64,000 bases of DNA from Eledone cirrhosa (Eukaryota), in the NCBI GenBank assembly GCA_964016885.1, contig OZ024741.1:191580001-191644000 (forward strand), in the 5' to 3' direction. Under the pieces are notes generated by a model. That model ran no database searches. It saw only the letters and a program-made list of their open reading frames with translations, and was not told the DNA's origin. Positions 21,706-33,480 of the stretch are shown here, one piece after another; positions within the stretch are counted from its first letter, which is position 1, and each line of letters begins with the position of its first letter. Both the position numbers and the translations under genes were made by a program.

Positions 21706-23700
21706 CAGTGGTTCTCAACCTTTTTTTGCCAATGGCACACCTTGGAATACATGAGAAAATAGCAGCACACCTGGCTAAATATATATGAAAAATATTTGAA
21801 TTTTACAAAATAAAAACATGGCAAGTCATAGACGGCATACAACCGTAGATACAGACTAGTCATAGACACACTCAAACTAACTAAAGAAAAACACAGCTAT
21901 GAACTTACTTTATTGCAGTGTTTCGAATTTCATCAGTCAAATAGTTGGCTTCTTTAGTAAGAAATTTGTGCCTGGCTTTTATTCTTAATTTCCTCAATGT
22001 TTGGTCGAATATGAGACAGACACACCCTCATTTCTTCTTCCGTTGTACGTAATCTCTCACGCTTCTTGCTTTTGATGTTGTTTAATGTTGAGAAGCCTAA
22101 TTCACATATATAAGAAGTTGAAAATTGTAATAAAATTGCTTAAGCTCTTTTACATAATATGGGATACACCTCTTGAATTGAAATCCAAAATGAATCAATG
22201 GGCAGAGTCGAATGTTTTAATTTTAACCCTCGGTCACTAGAAAGGATGGCCAATTCTTCTTCTTCCTGTAACTGAAGTTCAATGCTGGAAGAATAATTTA
22301 TGAAAGGATCTCTAATCCAATCATACTTTTCTGTCTTTAATGACAGAAAGTAATTGTTGATGCTTTTGTGCAGGGCTGTCAGATGAGTAACCACAAAAGG
22401 GATCATTTCTCTAATGCAGGTAAAACGCAATAAAGGGTACATATCAAGATTGCCAGTGATTCGCAATTTTCTTTTTGAGGGCAACTAACTTGTCTGTTGA
22501 AGTGAGAATGTTTTCGTTTTTACCTTGCACACTACTGTTTGTTTTTATGATAGTAATTCCTTGTGCAGTTCGTGAACACAATTTAGTACTTTGACTTTCG
22601 ACAGCCAGCGAACCTCAGTGTGCATTAATAACTTAACATGCTGAGAGTCCATCTCTTTGCACAGTTGTTCAAATAATCGTGACTTCAATGGCCTACTTTT
22701 TATATAATTGACCATTCCAACAACTTGATGTAACACAACCTTTAAATCTTCCTGCGATATTTTTGAAACAAGAATTTCTCTATGTAGAAAGCAATGATAC
22801 GAATGAGATTTGGATTTTCTTTTTCTACGAAGGATACAAATCCTTTAATACAGCCAGTCATACATGGGGCTCCATCAGTGCAAATGCCAACACAGGACAT
22901 CCAAGACAAATTCATTTCTTTGAGGTAGCCTGTTATCAAATCAAAAATATCTTGATCTCTTGTAGTTGTGGGCATTTCTTTAAGGCACGAAAAATTGATT
23001 GATTATTTCATTCTCAATAAAACGTACAAATGCAAGCAATTGACTTTTATTACTGATATTCATCCATGGTTAAAGCAAAATTAGAATTCTTAAGCTTTTT
23101 CTGAACATTGTCTTCAATATTTTTCAATATACTAGGATTCTTCTACGTATTGTATCGTTTGAAAGCGGGATATTGTTCAATTCCTTCTCAGCCTTTTCAC
23201 CAAACATGGATTTTACCATCTTTTTGCAAGCTGGGAGGATGACTGACTCAGCAAGCGTGTGGGATTTAGATTTTAATGCTATTATTTCAGCCACCTGAAT
23301 TGACGCTAGTTGGGCTCGTTCAGACACGGTCATTATTTTTTCAAAATAACTTCGCTGTTTTGATTTCTGCTCTAACAGTCTTTGAAAGTAATCAAGCTTT
23401 TTATCTTTCAGAGATGAATGTTTTGAATTAAAATGTCTTTCTAACTTACTTGGTACCATGGATTCATTTGACATTGTTTCACCGCACACTACGCATGATG
23501 GACTTGGTTTGTCAACGTCACCAGACCAATAAAATCCAAATTTCAAATAATTTTCACAATATTGTTGATTAATGTTTCTCTTTTTGACAAATAGGTTGAT
23601 GGTTGTTCGCCTCTGGACTTAGACTTGTCACTAATATCTTTCCTTTTCAAATATTTATCCATTGCGAAGGGTCATGAAATATCAATATGACAGTTTTGGA
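21706..23700 (-). mobile_element. hAT Buster/Charlie transposon, transposase pseudogene (~21954-23662)
   Basis: BED finger CVVCGE..SNESMVPSKL.RH, PLSNDTIRRRI, CTDGAP, HTEVRWLS. TIR CAGTGGTTCTCAAC at 21706, preceded by an NNNTANNN-type site (GGCTAGAG). Confidence 0.9.
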
Positions 23701-23969
23701 TAGGATTATCTATATTAAGATGACAGTGTCTTTCGGTCCCACAAAGCCTTCTCTTTTGTGTACAAACACAGAAAAACAATGAAAATATGTCTTCCTACGT
23801 AAAATTGATGTTTTATGAGACCATTTCTAGCTGGAAATCATTAATTTTCGATGTATTACGCACAAAAATAGTCAATGTTTGATCACTGACAAATCGTAAA
23901 TCTGCCATTTTTGCTATGTTCCACACACCAGTAGACAGCTACAGACCTCTAAGATACCCTCATTAGCAT

Positions 23970-24833
23970 AAGATGATGAAACACTGGAACTCTCCAGTGT
24001 AAAAAGTCAGAAAATCGACCCATATTGAACAAGCAAATGTACATCGAGCCTCCTTTTCGGCTACACTCGGTGAATGGCGCCCGCTGATTGGTCCAGCACA
24101 TCACGTGACCATGCCTTCCCCCATCACAATGTAAACATGACGTCCAAACTCACTCTTCCGATGGGATAATCCACCAGAAAATTAGGAAATTATGCCATAC
24201 AGAGATGAAGCAAGACAAAATATATGTAAAGGGAAGCTAACATGGACTCATTAAGTAGCATGAACCAGAGAATTCTGAGCTAAATCATCGGAATCATCCA
24301 TAGATTGTTCCGAAACAGAGGAAGAAGCTGACATTTGTGTTTCAAGCAATTTTCTCAAAATGGGTACTTCTCAAAATTTCAAAGCTCTTTCTACTTGATA
24401 GATTTGCTTGAAATTTTGAGGAGACCTTCCTTATAATATTTGCTTCATCAAGACAAAAGCCTTTTTTTTTTTAATTCTGCCTTGGAAAAATGTTATAGTC
24501 ACTTTTATTAAAAAAATGTGATTTTTTTTCAGTCTGTTTTACTGTCCAGCACACTATTGATGATAAAAAAATTTTTTTTCCAAAATATCCAAAAAAGGCT
24601 TCTTGTTACCATACAATGACTGGTTTTCTGATTCTAAAAATGTAAAATTCATCTTCATAGCTTATTTGGATTTTCTCAAAAGAACTCTGAAAATTACGCT
24701 ATTTTTCAACCATTTTGGGGCATATCTCAGCAAAAATTAGGGCTAGATCAAAAAGAAATATATCATTTGTCTCAGTTTTAGAGGTAGATTCTACCATAAA
24801 AATGAAAAAAAGATGGTGCTGTTTCATCATCTT
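23970..24833. mobile_element. Non-autonomous TIR element, possibly Kolobok-like
   Basis: Perfect 14-bp inverted termini AAGATGATGAAACA (23970-23983) and TGTTTCATCATCTT (24820-24833); no long ORF. Confidence 0.5.
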
Positions 24834-25559
24834 GGAAGTCTTCTCTCATTTTTGTGGAAGAAAGGACAAAAATCAGCTCCCAATCTTACATAAACGATAT
24901 TCTGGAACCTATACCTGCTTCTGCAACTAATCATTTTAGCAATGATTATCTGTGGACCTTCCAACAGGATGGATTCACCTCCCCTACAGCAAATGTCGCA
25001 CAAGCTAGGTGCAGAGACCATCTTCCAAAGTTCTGGTCAAAAGAAATGTGGCCTCCTTGTTCATCTGATTTGAACCCTATGGACGTTTCAGTATGGTCTA
25101 TCTTTGAAGAAAAGGCCTGTTCAAAAGTCCATAAAACAGTCAATGATTTAAAGGCATCTTTACTGAGCACTTGGAAAGAAATTCCTTAAGAAATATTGTG
25201 TGCTTTGGTGAAAGATGTTCAACGGAGGTTAGAGGCTGTTATTGCTGCATGAGGGTGATATTTATGTATAATTGCATACATGTTGCTGGTTAATAAAGTT
25301 AGTAGTTTTGTTATTAAAGGCATTTTTATTTGCTTCCAAACTTATGCCCCACCCTGTATATAGAAATTACTGCTACAGGACTAAAACTAATTCATTCATA
25401 CAAATGAAACAGTTCTAGTCCTGTAGAAATCATTTCTATATATAATAAAGATGCCTATACTCTACCAATGTATTGAGTACCTTTTTTAGCTGTGGTTACC
25501 TCTGACACAACTTGAGAATCTACATATTATATATCTATATATGTATATAGGACAAATCT

Positions 25560-25830
25560 TGGACTGGACTTTGCGTTGTGTTCTTGAGCAAAACATTTTA
25601 TTTCACATTGCTCCAATTCACTCAGAAATGAGTTGTGACGTCACTGGTGCCAAGCTGTATTTGTCCATTGCCTTTCCCTTGGACAACATCGGTGGCATGG
25701 AGAGGGGAGACTGGCGTGCATCGGTGACTGCTGGTCTTCCACAAACACACCTTGCCCAGGCTTGTGCCTCAGAGAGGAACTTTCCAGGTGGAAAACCATG
25801 GTCATTCTTGACCAAAGGGGGCCTCTTGAT
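25560..25830 (+). mobile_element. CORE SINE, second family, head truncated
   Basis: TTTCACATTGCTCCAATTCACTCAG core; homologous to 20975-21290. Confidence 0.8.
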
Positions 25831-26119
25831 ATATGACAGACTTCCACATAGTTTCTTTTACTGAATGTTACCTACATGTCATCAGTCATATCAAAGCTGA
25901 AACAGCAGACACATGTGTAACATGCTATGCAGTTGGATCGAATCTGAAACCTTGTTGTTGCAAAACAAGATTCTTAAGCAGACTGCCATGCCTAAAACTC
26001 ACATATGTAATTTTAATAAAGTAAACAGTAAAGTTCTGTTGTATAGGTAAATGATTATATCTACAGTTTATCAATATAGAAAATATGTAAAATTTCCTGT
26101 TGACTCTACTTTTAACTAT

Positions 26120-26151
26120 TCTTTATATCTTATATTGTTTCTATATTTCAG
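26120..26151 (+). promoter_or_regulatory. Candidate splice acceptor for the zinc-finger exon
   Basis: Pyrimidine-rich tract ending TTTCAG at 26151, ~345 bp upstream of the first in-frame ATG. Confidence 0.5.
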
Positions 26152-26496
26152 ACTATCAGATGACATTGGCATTAAACGATTTTCACATCAACAGCATTAT
26201 CGATATTTATCATCTTTTATGACTAAAGGAAGATACTATACAGAACAGGTATAACCTTCCTGTTTTTATAAATCTATGGGAGAATTACTGTGAAATATTT
26301 TTTTCTGAGCTGACAAAAATTCTGTTCTTCACTGTATGGTATATGGGCAAGATAATTTTGTATTCTACTTAAACTGGGACAAATTTACAAATGAATTTGC
26401 TACCTTGTTCAGATATCAACAAAGAACACAGTTGTTGGGAATGTAGCAGTGGAAATATTTCCATCAAAATACTTGCATGGAACGAATACAAGAAAA

Positions 26497-27840
26497 ATGA
26501 ATTATGTGAGAATCTTAAAGGGTGGTGTGTTTTCTCCTACAGAGATGTCAAAAGAAATGGGAATATTGTCATATCAATGTGATATCTGTGTTAAATCGTT
26601 TTCTGGAAGTATTGAGTTAACTGACCACAAATATATTCACACAGAAGAAAAGCTTTACCAATGTGACATCTGTAATAAATCATTCCCTAAAAAACGGAGC
26701 TTAACAAAACACAAACATATCCATACAAGAGAGAAGTCATATCACTGTGATGTTTGTGGCAGATCATTCCCTCAAAATCATGATCTAACTGTTCACATAC
26801 GTATTCATACAGGGGAGAAGCCATATGACTGTGATACCTGTGATAAATCATTCTCACGAAATCATGACCTGAAAATTCACAAACGCATTCATACAGGAGA
26901 GAAGCCATATCATTGTGATATCTGTGGTAAATTATTCTCTCGACAGCATGACCTAAAAATTCACAAGCACATTCATACAGGAGAAAAACCATACTGCTGT
27001 CATATCTGTGGTAAATCATTCTATACACAAACTCACTTAACTCAACACAAACACACTCATACTGAAAAAAGACAATATGGCTGTGATATCTGTGGTAAAT
27101 TTTTCACTGTAAAAGGTACTTTAACCAAACACGAACGTACTCATACAGGAGAGAAACCATATCATTGTGACATTTGTGGTAAATCATTTTCTTCAGGAAG
27201 TACTTTAATTAGTCATAAACGGATTCATACTGGAGAAAAGCCATATCACTGTGATATCTGTAAAAAGTCATTTACTGAAAAAAGTAGCCTAACTAATCAT
27301 AAACGTATACATACAGGAGAGAAACCTTATTGCTGTGACATCTGTGGTAAAGCATTCTCTCAAATGAATACCATGACTTACCATAAACGCACTCATACAG
27401 GAGAGAAACCATATCATTGTGATATCTGTGGTAAATCATTCATTGTACGAAATAGCTTAAGTATACATGAACGTATTCATACTGGAGAGAAACCATATCA
27501 CTGTGATATCTGTGGTAAATCATTCAATCACAGTGGTAAATTAATTGCACATAAACGTGCTCATACAGGAGATAGGCCATATCTTTGTGATATCTGTGGT
27601 AAATCATATTTTGAAAAAAGTACCTTAATCACTCACAAACTTAGTCATACAGGAGAGAAGCCATATGATTGTGATGACTGTGGTAAAGCATTCTCTTTAA
27701 AAAGTCACTTAATTCAACACAAACGTGTTCATACAGGAGAGAAACCATATCATTGTGATACTTGTGGTAAATCATTCTCTCAGATATATACCTTAACTAC
27801 TCACAAACGCATTCATACAAGAGTGAAATCACATGACTGA
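26497..27840 (+). CDS. Tandem C2H2 zinc-finger protein, 15 fingers, no recognisable effector domain
   Basis: Open frame 26449-27840 with first in-frame ATG at 26497 (alternative 26545); 15 C-x2-C-x12-H-x3-H units with TGEKP-type linkers. Confidence 0.93.
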   Translation: MNYVRILKGGVFSPTEMSKEMGILSYQCDICVKSFSGSIELTDHKYIHTEEKLYQCDICNKSFPKKRSLTKHKHIHTREKSYHCDVCGRSFPQNHDLTVHIRIHTGEKPYDCDTCDKSFSRNHDLKIHKRIHTGEKPYHCDICGKLFSRQHDLKIHKHIHTGEKPYCCHICGKSFYTQTHLTQHKHTHTEKRQYGCDICGKFFTVKGTLTKHERTHTGEKPYHCDICGKSFSSGSTLISHKRIHTGEKPYHCDICKKSFTEKSSLTNHKRIHTGEKPYCCDICGKAFSQMNTMTYHKRTHTGEKPYHCDICGKSFIVRNSLSIHERIHTGEKPYHCDICGKSFNHSGKLIAHKRAHTGDRPYLCDICGKSYFEKSTLITHKLSHTGEKPYDCDDCGKAFSLKSHLIQHKRVHTGEKPYHCDTCGKSFSQIYTLTTHKRIHTRVKSHD

Positions 27841-28335
27841 TGTGTGTAGTAAATACTCTTCAAGAAGTAACTTAACATTTTTAAAGGTGTGAAACTACGT
27901 TACTGGTAAATCATTCTCTGTATTTAGTCACTTGAATAACACAAATTTATTCAAACAACAGAAATGGCATGTCACTAGGATGTGTGTGCTAAATCATTCT
28001 CCACTGTAGTCACACTGTTATGCTGGCAAGTGAGTCTTCTCCAGTACTGCAGTTATGTCCCACTGCCATATGTTGCTGTGCTTATATAAGCATTGTAGTC
28101 ACTCTGATGGAGAAGCTCTTTGTAGTCAGCAAAAGTGCTAGTTCCTTTAACTTCTAGCCCATTCTTAGTCTGGGTAACACACTATCAGAGTACAGTCCCT
28201 GCTGCTGATTAGGTCATCAAGGTAACAAAAACTGTCAACAACCTCAAAGAATCCTTCTAATCACTTAACTAAACACAAGTATATTCATACACATTAAAAG
28301 TCATGACACTGTCATGTGTGTAGTAAATCATCTTT
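27841..28335 (+). pseudogene. Degenerate zinc-finger units downstream of the stop, interrupted by an RTE fragment
   Basis: Remnants GATGTGTGTAGTAAAT, GGTAAATCATTCTCT and CACTTAACTAAACACAAGTATATTCATACA. Minus-strand RTE 'EVVDSFCYL' at ~28220-28250. Confidence 0.7.
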
Positions 28336-29199
28336 TGATTGGATATGTCTGTAATACAAGATATCACATTTTCTCAATATTTTGTTATCTCAGCTGTGAG
28401 CATCTCGAGTTCTCATTGAATCACTTTGTGAATATTTGTAATATTTGAAAGCTAAGTAAAACTAGTTTACTCTAAAATTATTGTTTTGTAATTTTAATTG
28501 CAGAATATTTGACCAAAATCTGTGCTGATACCATAAACTATAGAATTCACAAACCTGATCAATGTATGATAAAAGCTGCAGGTACACCATGGTGGTTATC
28601 TAGTATATATGTGATGTAGCCAAGTGAGAGGCAGTCTAAGGAAAACATATCATCAAATCATTGATTCTGTTAAAATATGATACATATTGTAATATAAAAG
28701 TTTTCATATATTGTGTTGGTTTTAATATCTAGAACAAACAACAGTTTTAATATCGAGAACAAACAACATAGCAACATAAGCTGCAGGTGAGACATTGCAA
28801 TTTTTATAAAATGGAATAATTGAACTGTTTTAAATTTTGTCTCTAGATAAATGCTCATATTATTGTCTATAAAAGAAAATTTTCTAAATATTTCTCTTCC
28901 ATTGACAAACAATGAGAACATTTTTCAGTAAGAAAGTTTACATCCTAAGGTGGTAGCTTTTATTACCTTTGTAACTTAACTAGCAGTGGAAAAACAAAAT
29001 TGAAAAAGTTCATGAACAAAAGTTCTCTCAGAGTGAAGGACAGATTGTATAATGCTTGAATATGAAGTGTAATGCTTTATGTTAGAGAGAAGATTTGCAA
29101 TGACTAGAAACAACTGACACGAGTATTCTCTAGTGACTGTCTTGTGTTAAAGTCCATGAATAATGATCAATAAAACTGAATATAAAAGGAATTCTATCT

Positions 29200-29435
29200 G
29201 TGTTTTGGTCCTCTGTTGATTCTGACATGTATTCCAGTTATTTGATCAATGGAGCAGTTTGCTTGTGAAATTAACGTGCAAGTGACTAAGCATTCCACAT
29301 ATTAACTTGTTTTTCCAGCTGAGTGGACTTGAGCAAATGGAAATAAAGTGTTTTACTCAACACCCCACCAGGAATTGAATTCCTAACCTTAGATCATGAG
29401 CTGAACACCTCAACCAATAAGCCACACGCCTTCAT
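29200..29435 (-). mobile_element. tRNA-CORE SINE, third family
   Basis: CORE segment CAGCTGAGTGGACTTGAGCAA..AAATAAAGTG plus a head ending AAGCCACACGCC; homologous to 45345-45640. Confidence 0.75.
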
Positions 29436-29514
29436 TATCAGATGTAGTACGATACTGCTTCTCCCACCATACACATACTCTCCCTTCAATCACCTTTTCC
29501 TTCAGGCTCTCTCT

Positions 29515-31680
29515 CATCATCATCATCATCATCATCATGTTACGTCTCCTTTTCCCTGCTTGCAAGGGTGGGACGGGTCCTATTCAGCACAGCATCTCTC
29601 CACTTGTCATGGTCCTTTGTCATCTCCTCGGTGAGTTTCAGCGATCTGAGGTCTACTCTCGCCACCTCCGCCCATGTTTTTCATGGTCTTCCCTCTACTG
29701 CATCTTCCTTCTACTGGGATTTCTTGGCACTTCTTTATCCAGCGGTCATCCTCCATGCGCATCACATGTCCGTACCATCTCAGCCTTCTATCCTGCACAC
29801 TACAACTTATCCCTCTTATACCCAGTTTCCTTCTCAATTCGTCTATGCTTGGTTGTTCACGCACATTGGCATTGCACATCCAACGGAGCATGCTTGCTTC
29901 ATTTCTCTCCAGCCGTCGCATATCTTCTGCAGTTGCTGCCCATGTCTCACTACTATGCAGCATCGTGCATCTCACACAGGCATCATATAACTGTCCTTTC
30001 GTATACAGGGAGAAACCCTTCTTTGTCAACAGAGGAAGCAGCTCCCTAAACTAGTTTCTCTCTTAGCAGCTGTGTATCCTTCTCTACTCCCACCGTTTTT
30101 CCAAGCCTTCCATGCCAGTCTTTTGTCTCTAATGGCTCTATCTACGTGCTGTTCCACCACCAGGTCACTCTCTGTCTGGTTGAGGCTCTGCCCCAACCAC
30201 AAGTTTCTTCAGTAGCTTGCAGTAAGTTGTCACGCAAGAAATTCCAGTTATCATCTATGTCATACGATCCTAAATCGTCTTCCTTTTCGTCATACACATC
30301 TTGAAGGGCTTTGCTAAATTTATATTTTAATGAAAGGCCTTTTAGCTTCCAGACCTTTCTTTTTCACACCTTCCTGTATGTCTCATTCTTTCTCTTGCTT
30401 ACTGAGATGTCACTAATGCCTTAGTATTTGACACCATCTGTCTGTCTCTCTGTCTAACTAGCAGGAAGTCAATCTGGCTTATGTGCTCGCCCTATTTGTA
30501 GGTTATTAGGTGGTTGGTAGGCATCTGGAAGTTAGTGTTGCAAATGGTTAGTGCATTTGTATAACAAAATTCAAGAAGTCTCACTCCTTCTTCATTTCTT
30601 GAGCTGTAACCGTGCCTGCCATGTACCCCAGTGTATCCACCCTGGAGCTGTCCAACATGTCCATTGAAGTCCCCTGCTAGCATAATGATGTCTCTGTCCT
30701 CTGTCATTGAGGCTGTTTGTAAAAGTTGCTCATAAAAGCAGTCTTTCTCTTCTTTACCTAGGCCTGCCTGGGGAGCATAGGCAGAGATGATTGTCAGTAG
30801 TCTCTTGCCTACAACTAATCTAAGCTTAATTATTCTATTATTAACTCTAACTACCTCTATTGTCTTATCGATCCATCTCTCAGCCAGTAATATACCCACC
30901 CCACCTAACCCATCATCATTACCCACCCAGAAAAGCTTATAACTAAAAGATGTTTGCCTGCAATTAGTCTTGCAGAGGCACCTCTCAATCTTACCTCTTG
31001 CACACAGCGCACATCTACATACCTTCTCTCCAGCAACACTGCTATCTCACCAGATCTACCTGTTAGAGTGCCAACATTAAGTGTGGCAACTCTGAGATGT
31101 GAAGTCTCGTTCTTTTTCCTGTTGTGTGATTGCCTGATGACGGTCATGGGATTCTCACACATGGCCTCACTAGCCACCCCACTACCGTGCGCAGCCCTAA
31201 CATGGTTAGTGTTATTGCTGTTTACACAGTTATTTTTATACGATTGCTTGATGACTGTCGGGGTTCTCGCACATGGCTGCACCAGCCACCCCACTACCAT
31301 GCACAGCCCTAACATGGTTAGTGTTATTGCTGTTGACACAGTTGTTGCAATTCTTATTTGTTGTGCTCATAATTTTGGCATTTATTATACTGGTTGGATG
31401 CCCTTCCTAACACCAGCACCACTTTACAGCATGGACTAGGTGCTTTTATTCATGCCACCAGCACTAGAGAGGTCGTCTTATTGGACTCAGGGGCCCTATC
31501 CACCCCTCCATTTTACTGCATGGACTGGGTGTTTTTATTCGTGCCACCAGCACTAGGGAAGTTGTCTTACTGGACTTAGGGGACTTCTCTACCCCGCACC
31601 AATTTATTCGGAGTGGTAGCTCTCCTAGACGAGTTGCCTACATTGCGGCTTACAGAGCCTCCATCTGCCCCTTGTCTGTT
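29515..31680 (-). mobile_element. RTE family B with both termini but RT/PHD internally deleted
   Basis: 5' UTR with tandem repeats, APE (RVATLNVGTL, AGDFNGHVG), a junction at ~30051 into the C-terminus, and a (GAT)n tail. Confidence 0.9.
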
Positions 31681-33104
31681 CTATGATATATTCACGAGGG
31701 AGTGGTTAGCATACAGCGTCGGGCATGTATACCAAATGTGGTGGAAGTGGGAAGTGAGAACCGTAATGGCTGATACATAGAATTTTAACGGAGTTTCCAA
31801 GTCACACACACACAAATATATAAATAAACAAATACAGCCATCTTTACGAAAAGTGAGAGCTTTCACTTTCGTAATGGCTGATACATAGAATTTTAACAGA
31901 GTTTCTAAGTCACATACACACAAATTACATTTACTTTGGATGAACAGAGACATTGTAGAGTAAAAAGAACTCTTTAGCCTGTTGACAGGATAAAAATAAA
32001 CTTAGTGCTTTCTGTCAAGTTGGTAAATGAATGGAAATATTATAGGGTTGAGAAAATTCTTTGCTGAGAACATGACTACCCTGAAGGAATGTAACCTCTA
32101 TATTCTATAAACTGATTGGTGTTAAGGAAATGAGGTTGTAAAATGATGATGATAGTCATGATACAATGTCATAGGAAGAATGACATTTTGTCAAGATGAA
32201 GAGTGGCCAAATTTCTTTAATGTAAGTAATGCATGAGATAAACTTCATCTGTTTCATATTTTACATAACAAAAGTAACACATTTCTCAAATTTATAGGGA
32301 GCCCAACACCACATTACCCAACGTCTTTTTCTGAGATGATAGGGAGATTTGGATGTTATTTCTAGCAAGTCAAGTGACTATATAGAGAAGGAAAGCTTGG
32401 TCTCTCTTTTCAGATACAACCCCTTCTGTCCTATTTCTCATTACAGCTTTTCAACTGAATTAATGGTGAGTAGGTCTATGTAATTATGGTTAAAGATTAA
32501 TTTAACCTGGTTCATTAGTTTATTATAACATTAGATCTTAATTAATGAAACCTGTTTTCTAATATTACCATAACTGTAGATCACAACGTGATATCATATT
32601 TTGTGAGCTTATCTACAATTACGTGTTCGGAGACTGTGATAATGAGTTTCAGTCATTTTTGGCAATGTCTAGCATTGTTATTTATGTCCATATCATTGTT
32701 AGAAGTTCCCTATCAAACTGGTATCTTTATTTATGCTATTATATCAGGGAAAGAGAAGAGTGCTAGAAAAAAGGTTGTGTGTATCCTGCCAAGATACACA
32801 GATGAAGACATAATCATATTTGATAATTCTATTAAAATAAAGTGAAATAGCAAATTTGAAAACTGAATTGTAAATAAAAAAATTACTCAATTACTGTTTC
32901 TGTGGAAAGAATACAATATGCTTATTTTGTGTATATACACTGCCGCATCAATACTGAAATACTTTGGGGGTTTTTTGTGTACATATGCTGGTAGCAAAAC
33001 TAAAAGAATGAAATGTGAATGCAATTTTCATTACATTTAGCAGTTTCCCATTTATTTTAATAACTTTTTACAATTCCTATATTCATTCTATTACTATGCT
33101 GACA

Positions 33105-33480
33105 ACAAAAAGCTTCTCTCAGAGTGATGGGTAGACTGTTTGATGCTTGCATGCAAACTGCAATGCTACACAGTAGTGAGACATCGCCCTTGGTTACAGA
33201 AGGCTAGAAAGAAATGAAACACATATGCACTGAATGATCTGTAATGTTAGCTTGCATGAATGACAGCTTAAGCAAGCTGGGAAAAAAACTTGGCATAAGA
33301 GTAACTGGATGTAGTGTGCAAGAGAGAAGATTGTGTTGGTATGGACAGGTGATGTACTTAGAAGATGACAACTATATATAGAAGTGCAGAGAAATCTCAG
33401 TGGATTGGGGAAAAGACAGACCTAGGAAAATATGGGGTGAGGTAGTGAGGACTGATCTTAAACTAAACCTTGTAACAGAT
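33105..33480 (+). mobile_element. Old RTE C-terminal fragment
   Basis: Decayed SLRV.GRLFDAC, ERRLCWYG and RPRKIW motifs. Confidence 0.75.

Larger units (their letters stand above)
21311..25356 (+). mobile_element. Tc1/mariner DD37D (maT) element, interrupted by nested insertions
   Basis: ~28-bp TIRs CAG(A/G)GTGGGGCA(G/T)AAGTTTGGAAGCAAA with TA flanks. HTH remnant RFKEQGDLLDRHRSG-like at ~21500. Catalytic QQD-x37-D (WPPCSSDLNPMD) in ORF 24854-25189. Confidence 0.9.

Noticed and set aside
21954-23662. Domesticated ZBED5/SCAND3-like gene
   Set aside because: Multiple frameshifts and deletions with a retained TIR indicate a dead transposon.
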